This document shows positions 55,595 to 64,000 of a stretch of DNA of 64,000 bases, piece after piece; position 1 is the stretch's first letter, and every line of letters starts with the position of its first letter. The notes below the pieces were generated by a model that made no database searches, had not been told where the DNA came from, and saw only the letters and a list, made by a program, of their open reading frames with translations. The stretch is from assembly GCA_001780985.1 (NCBI GenBank), contig MFJV01000001.1:913609-977608 (forward strand). The letters run 5' to 3'. Source of the DNA: Candidatus Gottesmanbacteria bacterium RIFCSPLOWO2_01_FULL_43_11b (GTDB taxonomy: Bacteria > Patescibacteriota > Microgenomatia > UBA10105 > UBA927). The position numbers and the translations under genes are program-made.

Positions 55595-55948
55595 TTGACA
55601 AATTATTGTTTCCTTGACAAAATAGCGCATATGCCAAATATTGAAGCGCTTTATGACGGAGTTGCACATACCGTTGATTGTGTGAATGTGAAGATCAAAA
55701 ATGGAGGACGGGTTGTCATCCTTGAAGTGCCCAAAGGATCTGTTTGGGGATTACGTGACCTTATCCGGCACGAATCCTATGGTATGCAAATAACTCCGGA
55801 GAGCGAAGGGGATGCAACTACTGAAGATGTTATTTCATTGGATGCAAGGCGGACACCGATAGCCGGACCCATGAAGATTTTGAAAAAGGATCAAGACGGA
55901 CGCCGTGTAGCAATAAAAGTCCGCCGCTTCCGCCCGTTCCCAATATGA
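55595..55948 (+). CDS. hypothetical protein; its C-terminal 10 codons are duplicated downstream of the next gene
   Basis: ORF; the C-terminus IKVRRFRPFPI* is re-encoded as IKVRRFHPFPAT* at 56684-56722. Confidence 0.4.
   Translation: MTNYCFLDKIAHMPNIEALYDGVAHTVDCVNVKIKNGGRVVILEVPKGSVWGLRDLIRHESYGMQITPESEGDATTEDVISLDARRTPIAGPMKILKKDQDGRRVAIKVRRFRPFPI
55912..55941 (+). repeat. 30-nt direct repeat (left copy) AATAAAAGTCCGCCGCTTCCGCCCGTTCCC
   Basis: 27/30 identity with 56683-56713; brackets the lipoprotein gene. Confidence 0.75.
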
Positions 55949-56649
55949 GACGACCCGGTCCTGAAATTATTATACTGAGCAGTTTATTCCTTGGTTCGTG
56001 TAATCCTGTTCGAGCAACACAACAACCTGAAATTATTGATACACCCTCTAGGTTTACTCCCGCTCTGCCGATTCCTTCAATGACCCCTAAGCCAGAACAA
56101 ATCCCCTCAGCCGGTATTCATCAAATAGAACCAGGAGAAATTTTAAATTTGGAGCATTTTACGTTTGAAAATCAGATGAGAGGGTATTCGGTTCGGATAG
56201 TCACCCTCCAACTTAACGAGGTGTCAAAACGGTATGACGTACCATTAGATGTGGGACAAGATACAACTATAATCCTCTCACCAGAAATTTTTGAAGGTGA
56301 GAATGGAAGCGCCGTACGTTTTTTCGACGAAGAGAATGGCAAACAACGCATCGAAATTTCAGGCGGACTGTTTGAACAAGTTGTTTCGTTAATTACGGGT
56401 AGAGTTCCAAGAGACTTAAGAGATCAAACGCTTTTATCGGTTATGTTAAGTGAAAAAATGATTTTTGCCCTTGCTCGCATTGCTGAGCAACGGGGACAAC
56501 TTCCTGAGGGTTCATCTCAAATTATTGAAAGCCAGTACATAGAAGATATACTAAATTTGGAAGCAAAATTAGTGGCAGGGATGCAGATTTTGGGAAATCC
56601 TCTTCCTGAACCTGCCGAACCTCCCCCCGGCAACCCTCCCTCTGCTTAA
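55945..56649 (+). CDS. lipoprotein of unknown function
   Basis: Signal peptide with the lipobox LFLGSC; Pro-rich C-terminus; flanked by 30-nt direct repeats. Confidence 0.55.
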   Translation: MRRPGPEIIILSSLFLGSCNPVRATQQPEIIDTPSRFTPALPIPSMTPKPEQIPSAGIHQIEPGEILNLEHFTFENQMRGYSVRIVTLQLNEVSKRYDVPLDVGQDTTIILSPEIFEGENGSAVRFFDEENGKQRIEISGGLFEQVVSLITGRVPRDLRDQTLLSVMLSEKMIFALARIAEQRGQLPEGSSQIIESQYIEDILNLEAKLVAGMQILGNPLPEPAEPPPGNPPSA

Positions 56650-56682
56650 CATTAGAAGTATGCGAACCTTCTCTGTCTTTCT

Positions 56683-56713
56683 AATAAAAGTCCGCCGCTT
56701 CCACCCTTTTCCC
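56683..56713 (+). repeat. 30-nt direct repeat (right copy)
   Basis: aataaaagtccgccgcttccacccttttccc. Confidence 0.75.
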
Positions 56714-56714
56714 G

Positions 56715-57128
56715 CTACTTAGCCTGCGGGACGTAGGTAATTCCCACTCCTTTAATTGTTTTAACACTCTCCGCGAGGGTTGGATCAACAGATTTTAATT
56801 TATTTCGCAATTGAGTTATGATTCCTGTGGTAAGCTTCAGGACTTTGAATGCTTCATATTCATTTTCGGGGAGTGGGGTTGACGGAAAGAGTAATCGAAA
56901 TACATCTGTGCGTGAGAGAATTTCATCGGGATGGGCTATTAAATGCGAGAAGAGCTTACTCCGTTGTTTTGAAAGTCGTACCCTTGATTCTCCATTTGAG
57001 AGCATACGTTTTCTGGGCGCATAATAAATGCTTTTCTTTCCATTTTGGTTTAGTTGAATAAGACCTTCCCCCTCCGGCGCTTTCATAAATTTATTATAGC
57101 AGAGCGCATATTGATAACAATAATTCAA
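56715..57128 (-). CDS. winged-helix DNA-binding protein (OmpR/PhoB C-terminal-type trans_reg_C domain, stand-alone)
   Basis: RVRLSKQRSKLFSHLIAHPDEILSRTDVF...KLTTGIITQLRNKLK...IKGVGITYV matches the OmpR-type effector domain; the start may be an internal Met. Confidence 0.55.
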   Translation of the reverse strand: MNYCYQYALCYNKFMKAPEGEGLIQLNQNGKKSIYYAPRKRMLSNGESRVRLSKQRSKLFSHLIAHPDEILSRTDVFRLLFPSTPLPENEYEAFKVLKLTTGIITQLRNKLKSVDPTLAESVKTIKGVGITYVPQAK

Positions 57129-57148
57129 ATTCCTATAATGCCATTAGG

Positions 57149-58198
57149 ATGAAATACCGAACGCTTGGGAAAACAGGACTGAATGTGTCCGAAGTCGGCA
57201 TGGGGACGTGGCAACTGGCTGGTAAACCATGGGGTTGGGATGCACCTGATGAAGCCGAAAGCATAAGGGCTCTGTATAAATTTGTAGAGCTTGGCGGAAA
57301 CTTTATTGACACTGCCTGGGTATACGGAAGAGCAGATGAATCAAGTGCACCGAAAGAAATGCATACATCGGAAGAGTTAATTGGAAAATTTATTAAAGAA
57401 TCAGGTACAAGAAATAAAGTTATTATTGCTACAAAAATACCAGGTAAAAACAGAAAGTGGCCGGCATGGCGAGGAACTCCAATTTCAGAGGTTTTCCCGG
57501 ATTCATATATAGAGGAGATGGTGGATAGTTCGCTGCAAAGTTTGGGAGTGGATTCAATTGATCTCATGCAATTCCATGTGTGGCAGGACGATTTTGCCAA
57601 AGAGGACGGATGGAAAAATACAATTAAGAAAATTACGCAGTCGGGAAAAGTGAAACATTGGGGGATTTCAATGAATGATTACCAACCAAGCAATTGTCTC
57701 AAAACACTCGACACTGGACTCATTTCATCTATTCAATGCATATTTAATATTTTCCATCAAAAACCGACCGAGAAACTTCTCCCATATGTAAAAACACACA
57801 ATATAGGTCTCATTACAAGAGTTCCGCTTGATGAAGGAGGACTGTCCGGGAAATTAACACTGGATACGGTGTTTACTGACGAAATGAGACCACACTATTT
57901 TAGCAAAGCGAGACTGCAAGAGTATATGCCAAGAATAAGAGAGTTAGAAAAATTGTTGGGAACGGAAGCAAAAACATTGCCGGAGTTAGCTCTTCGATAT
58001 TTATTATCCTGGGATGAAGTTTCTGTAGTAATTCCGGGAACGAGAAAAGTCAAAAATGTTGAAGCAAACGTATCTGTTTCTGATGGGCGAAAATTATCAC
58101 AAAAATTAATGGAAGAGCTTAAGTATCACGCCTGGGAACGAAACTTCTACCTCGACCTCGACCCTTCACTGGAGAAGGATGGATATATAGAGAAATGA
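57149..58198 (+). CDS. aldo/keto reductase
   Basis: MKYRTLGKTGLNVSEVGMGTW N-terminal AKR signature. Confidence 0.8.
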   Translation: MKYRTLGKTGLNVSEVGMGTWQLAGKPWGWDAPDEAESIRALYKFVELGGNFIDTAWVYGRADESSAPKEMHTSEELIGKFIKESGTRNKVIIATKIPGKNRKWPAWRGTPISEVFPDSYIEEMVDSSLQSLGVDSIDLMQFHVWQDDFAKEDGWKNTIKKITQSGKVKHWGISMNDYQPSNCLKTLDTGLISSIQCIFNIFHQKPTEKLLPYVKTHNIGLITRVPLDEGGLSGKLTLDTVFTDEMRPHYFSKARLQEYMPRIRELEKLLGTEAKTLPELALRYLLSWDEVSVVIPGTRKVKNVEANVSVSDGRKLSQKLMEELKYHAWERNFYLDLDPSLEKDGYIEK

Positions 58199-58207
58199 TA
58201 GAAAATG

Positions 58208-60541
58208 TTATTGAATCGGTTCGTCGAGAGGGGTCGTTGGATCGAAGGAGATGGTTAAAAACTTGGGCAAAATATTTTTGAGTTTGTATTTTTTCCACAG
58301 ATTTTTTCCGTTAGCCAAAAATTGACCGATAATGACCGTTGTTTCGTTACTTTTAGGGATGAGACGTAATTGATAGTTGCCACTTTTGGGATTGACTATA
58401 CCGACAAGCCCATCTGAATCTTTAACCGTTTTACTTTGAGGATCGACCACCCAAAAAATAGCCGGATAGCCAATGATGGTAAGGGCGGAGCTGGGAGTAA
58501 TAGAGTCTGCCATTAAAGTTGCTGGAATAGGAATGTCAAGAAAATTGAAAATTTCACCGATCCCCTCAGCCGAGTTAATTAAGCCACCATGATCGAGGTT
58601 TACTACCTTTTTGTAAGCTCCGGGAATAAGACTACTTGATGTCATAATCCTGCCATCACCGGTTGAGTCTTCGACTGTTTTGAACAATTTGCCGTCAAGC
58701 CAATTCTCCAGCTTGATATCATGTTTGGAAGGATCTTTGACGATAATATTTCTGAGTGTATTAAAACCATTTCCGGCTAAACTTCCGATGGTGACTCCAA
58801 AGAAATCCTCGGGAAGATACGTGTTTGGTAACCAGTTATTTTTATTAATGTCATGCATGGATGCGATTGGAATCGGATCACCAGATTTACTCATGAGGTA
58901 ATCGACGGTTGGCAAAAGATTTCTTAGTGACGGAGCCTGAGTCCGCATGGTCGCTCCGTCATCACCGCCCAAACCACCACACTCTTTGAGGAGAAAAGTA
59001 GCAGCAAATCTGAAGAGCAAATCTTCTTTAGAGACATCCCCCGCCGCCCAGAGAGGATAAGCAAATGCTGTGCCTTGGTGGGGAGAGCCGACGGTCATGA
59101 ATCTCTCCAATCTGTTATTAGTCTGTTGATTTTCTAAATAAGCTCGACCAACCAGTCCTCCCATGCTGTGGCCAACTAGATGAAATCTTTCATCCTCAAC
59201 CGTGGTATTCGTATTTATCCAATTACTTAATTTGGGGATATTATCAATGACATCTTTTCGCCAATCATAGTAAAAAGGTAAAGGTGTATATCCCGAAGTG
59301 GTAATTGCATTGAGGATCGGATTGTAGGCGCCAGCGGCCAAGGGATTAAGTACCCATTCACCATTATCAAGAAAACCGCAACTGAGCAAACTTGCTGCAT
59401 TCCAACTCCCTCCGAATCCGGGAATAATCACAACCTTATCTGCTGGAATTGGTGTTGGGGTGGGCGTTGAGGTGGGAGTGGGCGTCGCCACAACCTCAAT
59501 TGCGGGATTAGTGGCTAACCCCACTGCCCAATTACTTCCATTGTACCCGGAGAAGTATAGTCGATAATGATCAGATTCTTTGAGAATATCACTTAGAGTG
59601 AAGCGTATACTATCAAACGATCCAGAGGTTCGAGTGAGTACAGGATTTTCGCTAGCAGGTTTTATCCAGTTTATACCATCTTCTGAATAAGCATATACTA
59701 TATCAGTTGGAGCCTCTCCTTCTCCCGCTGTATACCACATTTTGTATAATCCGTCCTCCAAGAGAACCGTCGGGTAACTTACATTATTAAGCTCCCACCA
59801 CATAGTCGGATTAATTACAGGGTTGCCCCCATTTTGTTTCGTCCAGTTAACACCATTTGATGATGTAGCATATCCTATTCTCCAAAACGGGTACGTAACA
59901 AGGTTATCATTGTTCGTGCCTGCATACCACATATGATATATTCCATCTTTATAAATGATCGAGTTGCCTCGATTAATGCCGCCGCTATCCCACATACCTG
60001 AGGATCCAGTAAATATCCAACCATCAGTTTTTGTCCAATTAATACCATCCGTAGAGGTCGCAAATCTTAGTCGAAATCTATCTGGTCCTGAAAGCCAATA
60101 AGAGTTTATGGATGAATACCACATTTGATAAATATTATTTGTGGAATTATAAAGCACTCGAGGGTCACTGATAAGCGCTTCCCATCCGTCGGATGAACCT
60201 ACGCTAATAACTGGGTGATTTAATCTTAACCAACCAGTGATACCGTCACTTGATGATGCGTAGCCAATTTTCCAAACGCCACTTCCTTCATTGGCTTGAT
60301 ACCACATTTTATAGATACCATCACGTTTAAGAAGAGAAGGGGATGCTACATATCGACCATCCCAACTTCCTAAAGGACCTGGTAAGAATATTGGATTGTT
60401 CAGGTATTTAACAAAACCGGTTACTGCTACAGCAGGTTTTAAAAGCAACGTAAACGGAAGTGTAAAAAGGATTAAAGTTAAAAAAGAAAATCTCTTTAAG
60501 GGCATTGTTCTATAAATAATACATTTAAATCGACCGGTCAA
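58208..60541 (-). CDS. secreted two-domain protein: Asp-box beta-propeller (glycosidase/sialidase-like) + Thr/Pro linker + alpha/beta-hydrolase lipase-like domain
   Basis: N-terminal signal/TM; five or so repeats of DGxYxMWY...IGYAxSxDGxxW with Asp-box-like SxDGxxW; TPTPTSTPTPTP linker at about 59428-59479; C-domain with the GHSMGG nucleophile elbow (about 59170). Confidence 0.6.
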   Translation of the reverse strand: MTGRFKCIIYRTMPLKRFSFLTLILFTLPFTLLLKPAVAVTGFVKYLNNPIFLPGPLGSWDGRYVASPSLLKRDGIYKMWYQANEGSGVWKIGYASSSDGITGWLRLNHPVISVGSSDGWEALISDPRVLYNSTNNIYQMWYSSINSYWLSGPDRFRLRFATSTDGINWTKTDGWIFTGSSGMWDSGGINRGNSIIYKDGIYHMWYAGTNNDNLVTYPFWRIGYATSSNGVNWTKQNGGNPVINPTMWWELNNVSYPTVLLEDGLYKMWYTAGEGEAPTDIVYAYSEDGINWIKPASENPVLTRTSGSFDSIRFTLSDILKESDHYRLYFSGYNGSNWAVGLATNPAIEVVATPTPTSTPTPTPIPADKVVIIPGFGGSWNAASLLSCGFLDNGEWVLNPLAAGAYNPILNAITTSGYTPLPFYYDWRKDVIDNIPKLSNWINTNTTVEDERFHLVGHSMGGLVGRAYLENQQTNNRLERFMTVGSPHQGTAFAYPLWAAGDVSKEDLLFRFAATFLLKECGGLGGDDGATMRTQAPSLRNLLPTVDYLMSKSGDPIPIASMHDINKNNWLPNTYLPEDFFGVTIGSLAGNGFNTLRNIIVKDPSKHDIKLENWLDGKLFKTVEDSTGDGRIMTSSSLIPGAYKKVVNLDHGGLINSAEGIGEIFNFLDIPIPATLMADSITPSSALTIIGYPAIFWVVDPQSKTVKDSDGLVGIVNPKSGNYQLRLIPKSNETTVIIGQFLANGKNLWKKYKLKNILPKFLTISFDPTTPLDEPIQ

Positions 60542-60588
60542 GTAGGAATATCACTTTTTTTCGATAGATATAGTAAGATAATTGAAAT

Positions 60589-61413
60589 ATGTCGGACATA
60601 ATTCACTGTTTAGTCTGTAACAAAGTTCAATTTACTTTGATAGATGGTTACCGAAGGTGCGAAAAATGTAGAACATACATCGCCGAAAGTTTGCCAAATG
60701 AAAGAAGAGTTCAAAAAGTACTTGAGGAACACGCTTCCTCTTTTATAGTCGGTAGTCAGGAATCAAAAGATATTCGTACTGAGGAAATGAGACTTTCATT
60801 AATTAAAAAATTTTCCAAAGTTGCCAGTATCGTTATCGATTTTGGTTGTGGGAAAGGTAAGTTTGTCGAATTTTTATCTTCAAAAAAATATAAAGTTTTT
60901 GGTTACGATAAATCAGAAGTAATTAAAAAATATCTGGTTTCAAAAAATATAGCTTTTTACGAAAGTGTAAAAGAAATACCAACTGGGTATTTTGATGTTG
61001 CAACCTGTTTTGATGTTATAGAGCATGTAACTAATCCACGGCATCTTATTTGGACCATTGTACGGAAGTTAAAAAAAGATGGAATCTTTATAATATCTAC
61101 CCCAAATTCAATAGGTTTTTCAGCAAGGATTTTAGGTAAAAGATGGTGGGTATTCAGTGCGAGGTCTCACTTTATTTTGTTTTCTCCATATTCACTTAAA
61201 CTTCTATTAGCAGATATGGGGTTTGAGATTCTCGACGCCAAAACAGATACAATAACACCATGGTTTACACCATCAGAGAGATTTGTTTTTAAAATATTTA
61301 ATAAACTCATTTATTTAATATTTCTTCCGTTTAAATCAATTCTATTTGATAATTATTTGGGTGATAACATACAGATTGTCGCAAAGTTGGCGGGCAGTAA
61401 AAACGCAGGGTAA
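60589..61413 (+). CDS. class I SAM-dependent methyltransferase with an N-terminal Zn-ribbon
   Basis: CxxC...CxxC N-terminus; VIDFGCGKG motif I; DVIEHV motif. Confidence 0.7.
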   Translation: MSDIIHCLVCNKVQFTLIDGYRRCEKCRTYIAESLPNERRVQKVLEEHASSFIVGSQESKDIRTEEMRLSLIKKFSKVASIVIDFGCGKGKFVEFLSSKKYKVFGYDKSEVIKKYLVSKNIAFYESVKEIPTGYFDVATCFDVIEHVTNPRHLIWTIVRKLKKDGIFIISTPNSIGFSARILGKRWWVFSARSHFILFSPYSLKLLLADMGFEILDAKTDTITPWFTPSERFVFKIFNKLIYLIFLPFKSILFDNYLGDNIQIVAKLAGSKNAG

Positions 61414-61422
61414 AAAATAGAT

Positions 61423-62133
61423 ATGAATATTGCTTTTGTCGTTGTTACATATAAACCAAATAAAAAAGCTTTAGGGAGTTTAGTTGACACTCTTGGAAAA
61501 AAAGACGTGATTGTGGTGGATAACACAGGGAATAACCGGGGTTATGCAGGAGGGGCGAATGTGGGGGTGAGGAAGGCATTGGAACAAGGATACGAGTGGA
61601 TTGTGATGGTCAATGACGACGTCACGTTGAGTAAATATGCACTTTCTCAATTCTTAGACATCGTCAACAAAAGTGAACCGGCAATCATCGGTCCCGTTGC
61701 CGGGAGAATCGATGCGAAGCGCTGGACAACTATTGTTCCCGCGACACAAATGGACTGGATCGACGGTGCATTCACCGCAATCCACGCCAAGATTTTCCAG
61801 ACTATCGGAGAATTTTATGCGCCGTACTTTATTTACTACGAAGATATTGATCTTTGCATACGAGCCAAACGCGCAGGATTTCCTCTTCGTTGGTTTCCCA
61901 TCGACGGAATCCGTCACGAAGGATCAGTAGTTTTAGGTCGGGGATCATTCCGGCACCAATACTACGCTGCTCGAAATCACCTTAAATTTGTCGAACGTCT
62001 TGCGCCGTTACGGGTTAAGATATATGAATATATGAGACTCCCGAAAACAGTTTACGAACATGTCATTCGAAGAGAGTGGGGAGCACTCCTTGGGATTTTT
62101 CACTATTTTATTCGTCGATTCGGACGCCTATGA
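61423..62133 (+). CDS. glycosyltransferase family 2
   Basis: GT-A N-terminus (VVVTYKP...VVDN); DDD-like region. Confidence 0.7.
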   Translation: MNIAFVVVTYKPNKKALGSLVDTLGKKDVIVVDNTGNNRGYAGGANVGVRKALEQGYEWIVMVNDDVTLSKYALSQFLDIVNKSEPAIIGPVAGRIDAKRWTTIVPATQMDWIDGAFTAIHAKIFQTIGEFYAPYFIYYEDIDLCIRAKRAGFPLRWFPIDGIRHEGSVVLGRGSFRHQYYAARNHLKFVERLAPLRVKIYEYMRLPKTVYEHVIRREWGALLGIFHYFIRRFGRL

Positions 62134-63134
62134 ATATTGGAGTTGATGCGGGAGCACTGTCGATTACTGATAACCGATTAAAACTCGGTGTCTACTGGGT
62201 CAATGTCAATTTATTGCGGGAACTATCTAAAATCGACAAAACGAACACGTACTATTTATACAGCTTTATCCCAATTGAAGAAAACTTCGGGCCTCGTATG
62301 TTAAATAAAGTTTTACGACCTGCTTCGGGATGGTTTTCTCTTCGACTGCCGCTAGAGCTTTCACTTCATCCGGTTGACGTTTTTCTCGGCCTCTCGCAAG
62401 CAATTCCAGTGAGCAAATGCAGAAATATCGGATTTATTTATGATTTAGGATTTTTGCATCACCCCGAGGCATATCCGGAATCAGCTACAAAACTAAAAAA
62501 ACAAACAGAGGATCTCATAAAAAGATCAGATCATATCGTATGTATTTCACAGGTTGTTAAAAATGACGTGATCACAACATACGGGAAAAAAAATATTACC
62601 GTAGCATATCCGGGTGTCGATAACACATTTACCTCATCTGGAGCGAAATATAAGAATAAAAATCCGTATTTTCTATTTGTCGGAGCATTGAAACGGGGAA
62701 AGAATATTCCGTTTCTTTTGAGGTCTTTTGCAAAATTCCTCAAACAAATAAAAAAACCCTATGATCTTATTCTTGTGGGAAGCGACTACTGGTTGGATCC
62801 CGGAATTTCGTTTGGTCCGCACGTAAAGTTTTTGGGATTTGTTGAAGATAAGATTCTTGCATCGCTCTATCGGGGGGCACTTGCATTTGTGTCGCCCTCA
62901 CTGTGGGAGGGATTTTGTCTGCCTGCAGCCGAGGCATTGTCTTGCGGTACAGCTGTGATTGCATCAAAAACAGGGGCGTTTCCTGAAATAGTCGGGAAAT
63001 CCGGAACACTCGTTGATCCGACAAACGAAGAGGAGTTAACGAAGGCATTCCATACATATGCTAAAAAAATTTCCATTCAACCCAAAAAATTCTCCTGGTC
63101 AACATTTGCACACACAGTCCACAAACTTCTATGA
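62130..63134 (+). CDS. glycosyltransferase family 4
   Basis: ATG 62130 in ATGA overlap; GT-B with the EGFCLPAAEALSCGTAV motif. Confidence 0.75.
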   Translation: MNIGVDAGALSITDNRLKLGVYWVNVNLLRELSKIDKTNTYYLYSFIPIEENFGPRMLNKVLRPASGWFSLRLPLELSLHPVDVFLGLSQAIPVSKCRNIGFIYDLGFLHHPEAYPESATKLKKQTEDLIKRSDHIVCISQVVKNDVITTYGKKNITVAYPGVDNTFTSSGAKYKNKNPYFLFVGALKRGKNIPFLLRSFAKFLKQIKKPYDLILVGSDYWLDPGISFGPHVKFLGFVEDKILASLYRGALAFVSPSLWEGFCLPAAEALSCGTAVIASKTGAFPEIVGKSGTLVDPTNEEELTKAFHTYAKKISIQPKKFSWSTFAHTVHKLL

Positions 63135-64000
63135 GAGTTGCTCTAATCCGGGGTAAATTTCTCAACGCCTACGAAATGCAGTTATTCGAAAAATTGCCCC
63201 GCAAATATAAAATTACTGCTTTTGCCTCACTCACTCCGTTCCACGGGAAGTTTTCGTTTCCCGTAATAAAACTTCCTTCCCCTATGGACCTACCGGATTT
63301 TTCATACAAAATGCCGATTTTAAATAGATTATTCATCGATGCGCATTATCTTTTTGGATTAGAAGAGAAACTTAGAGGTTTCGATCTTGTGCACAGTGCG
63401 GAAAACTACTATCACTACACCCAACAAGCGCTCAATGCAAAAAAACATGGATACGTTAAGAAAGTTGTCGCTACGGTATTGGAAAATATTCCGTTTAACA
63501 ATGAAGGCATTTGGGGAAGACGCGCGTTTAAAAAACGGGCACGGCAAGAACTCGATCACATAATTTCGTTAACACAAAAAACGAAAGACGCCCTTATTTT
63601 GGAAGGATGCGAACCTTCTAAAATTACTGTCATCGGCCATGCGATTGATACGGATAGATTCACGCCCGTGCCTATTCGGAAAACAAAACGTCTTGTGATT
63701 CTTTTTGTCGGTAGATTGGAAGAGGAAAAAGGAGTACTGGACATTGTTGAGGCAGCAAAACTACTGCATAACGACAATCTAAAATTTATTATGATCGGCA
63801 CGGGCAGTAAAAAAAATCTGCTTCCAAAATTTATTACACAGAAAGTTGTGTCGTACAAAAATATGCCACGGGAGTATCAGGCGGCTGATATTTTTGTCGC
63901 ACCAAGTAAACCGATAAAAACATGGGATGAGCAGTATAACACTGCACTTTTAGAAGCCCAAGCATCCGGACTTCCAATCGTAACAACTAAAACCGGAGGA
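63131..64000 (+). CDS. glycosyltransferase family 4 (3'-truncated by the window end)
   Basis: ATG 63131 in ATGA overlap; hand translation gives an open frame to the window end, which is why it is absent from the ORF track; C-terminal ...LEAQASGLPIVTT motif. Confidence 0.7.
   Translation, partial: MRVALIRGKFLNAYEMQLFEKLPRKYKITAFASLTPFHGKFSFPVIKLPSPMDLPDFSYKMPILNRLFIDAHYLFGLEEKLRGFDLVHSAENYYHYTQQALNAKKHGYVKKVVATVLENIPFNNEGIWGRRAFKKRARQELDHIISLTQKTKDALILEGCEPSKITVIGHAIDTDRFTPVPIRKTKRLVILFVGRLEEEKGVLDIVEAAKLLHNDNLKFIMIGTGSKKNLLPKFITQKVVSYKNMPREYQAADIFVAPSKPIKTWDEQYNTALLEAQASGLPIVTTKTGG

Noticed and set aside
1-64000. CRISPR arrays / rRNA genes
   Set aside because: No regularly spaced direct repeats with unique spacers were seen, and no rRNA-like stretches. 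The repeats present are palindromic or dispersed, not arrayed.

Overview
This 64-kb window is a gene-dense, almost entirely plus-strand segment with many 4-nt ATGA start/stop overlaps, a type-2 isoleucyl-tRNA synthetase and no recognisable flippase. These features are consistent with a small-genome lineage such as Patescibacteria/CPR, but that placement is inference only. Three blocks dominate:

- **Surface-glycan locus (1-15.7 kb).** It holds galE, manC, an initiating phosphoglycosyl transferase, a hexapeptide acetyltransferase, six GT4 and two GT2 glycosyltransferases, and three GT-C-like polytopic membrane proteins. One of these is a 1000-aa fusion of a WaaL/O-antigen-ligase-like domain with a GT-C domain. 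The locus is partly duplicated in tandem: GT4 / GT2 / GT-C paralogues, both GT2 proteins starting MDLSIVI.
- **Expanded division/cell-wall (dcw) cluster (22.4-45 kb).** It carries mraZ, rsmH, an ftsL-like gene, ftsI, murE, pgeF, murC, murB, ridA, murA, a glmU-like gene, an alpha/beta hydrolase, murF, a DegT-like aminotransferase, an MBL hydrolase, a holin-like gene, femAB, dgkA, mraY, ftsW, murG, ftsQ, ftsA and ftsZ. It has no murD or ddl, and MurF carries an unusual N-terminal membrane domain.
- **Housekeeping and accessory stretch (45-64 kb).** This includes ileS, rodA, rplU, rpmA, parB, lepB, a tRNA-Val, an MFS transporter and a second glycosyltransferase cluster.

The signals I would look at first:

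- A 17-19-nt DNA motif (AGAAGTATGCGAACCTTCT) recurs four times in unrelated coding frames and in intergenic positions.
- A nested palindromic micro-element (CCTGCCGGCAGGCAGGT, flanked by CCTG) has inserted in-frame into the 3' end of rpmA and into a second repeat copy.
- A GIY-YIG nuclease gene overlaps tRNA-Val and is bracketed by 13-nt direct repeats, with a tRNA 5'-fragment nearby.
- A lipoprotein gene is flanked by 30-nt direct repeats that re-encode the C-terminus of the upstream gene.
- An uncharacterised divergent four-gene module (20.2-22.3 kb) carries tandem paralogues.
- An MraZ-type TGGG operator array sits on the mraZ promoter.

I found no CRISPR array and no rRNA gene.
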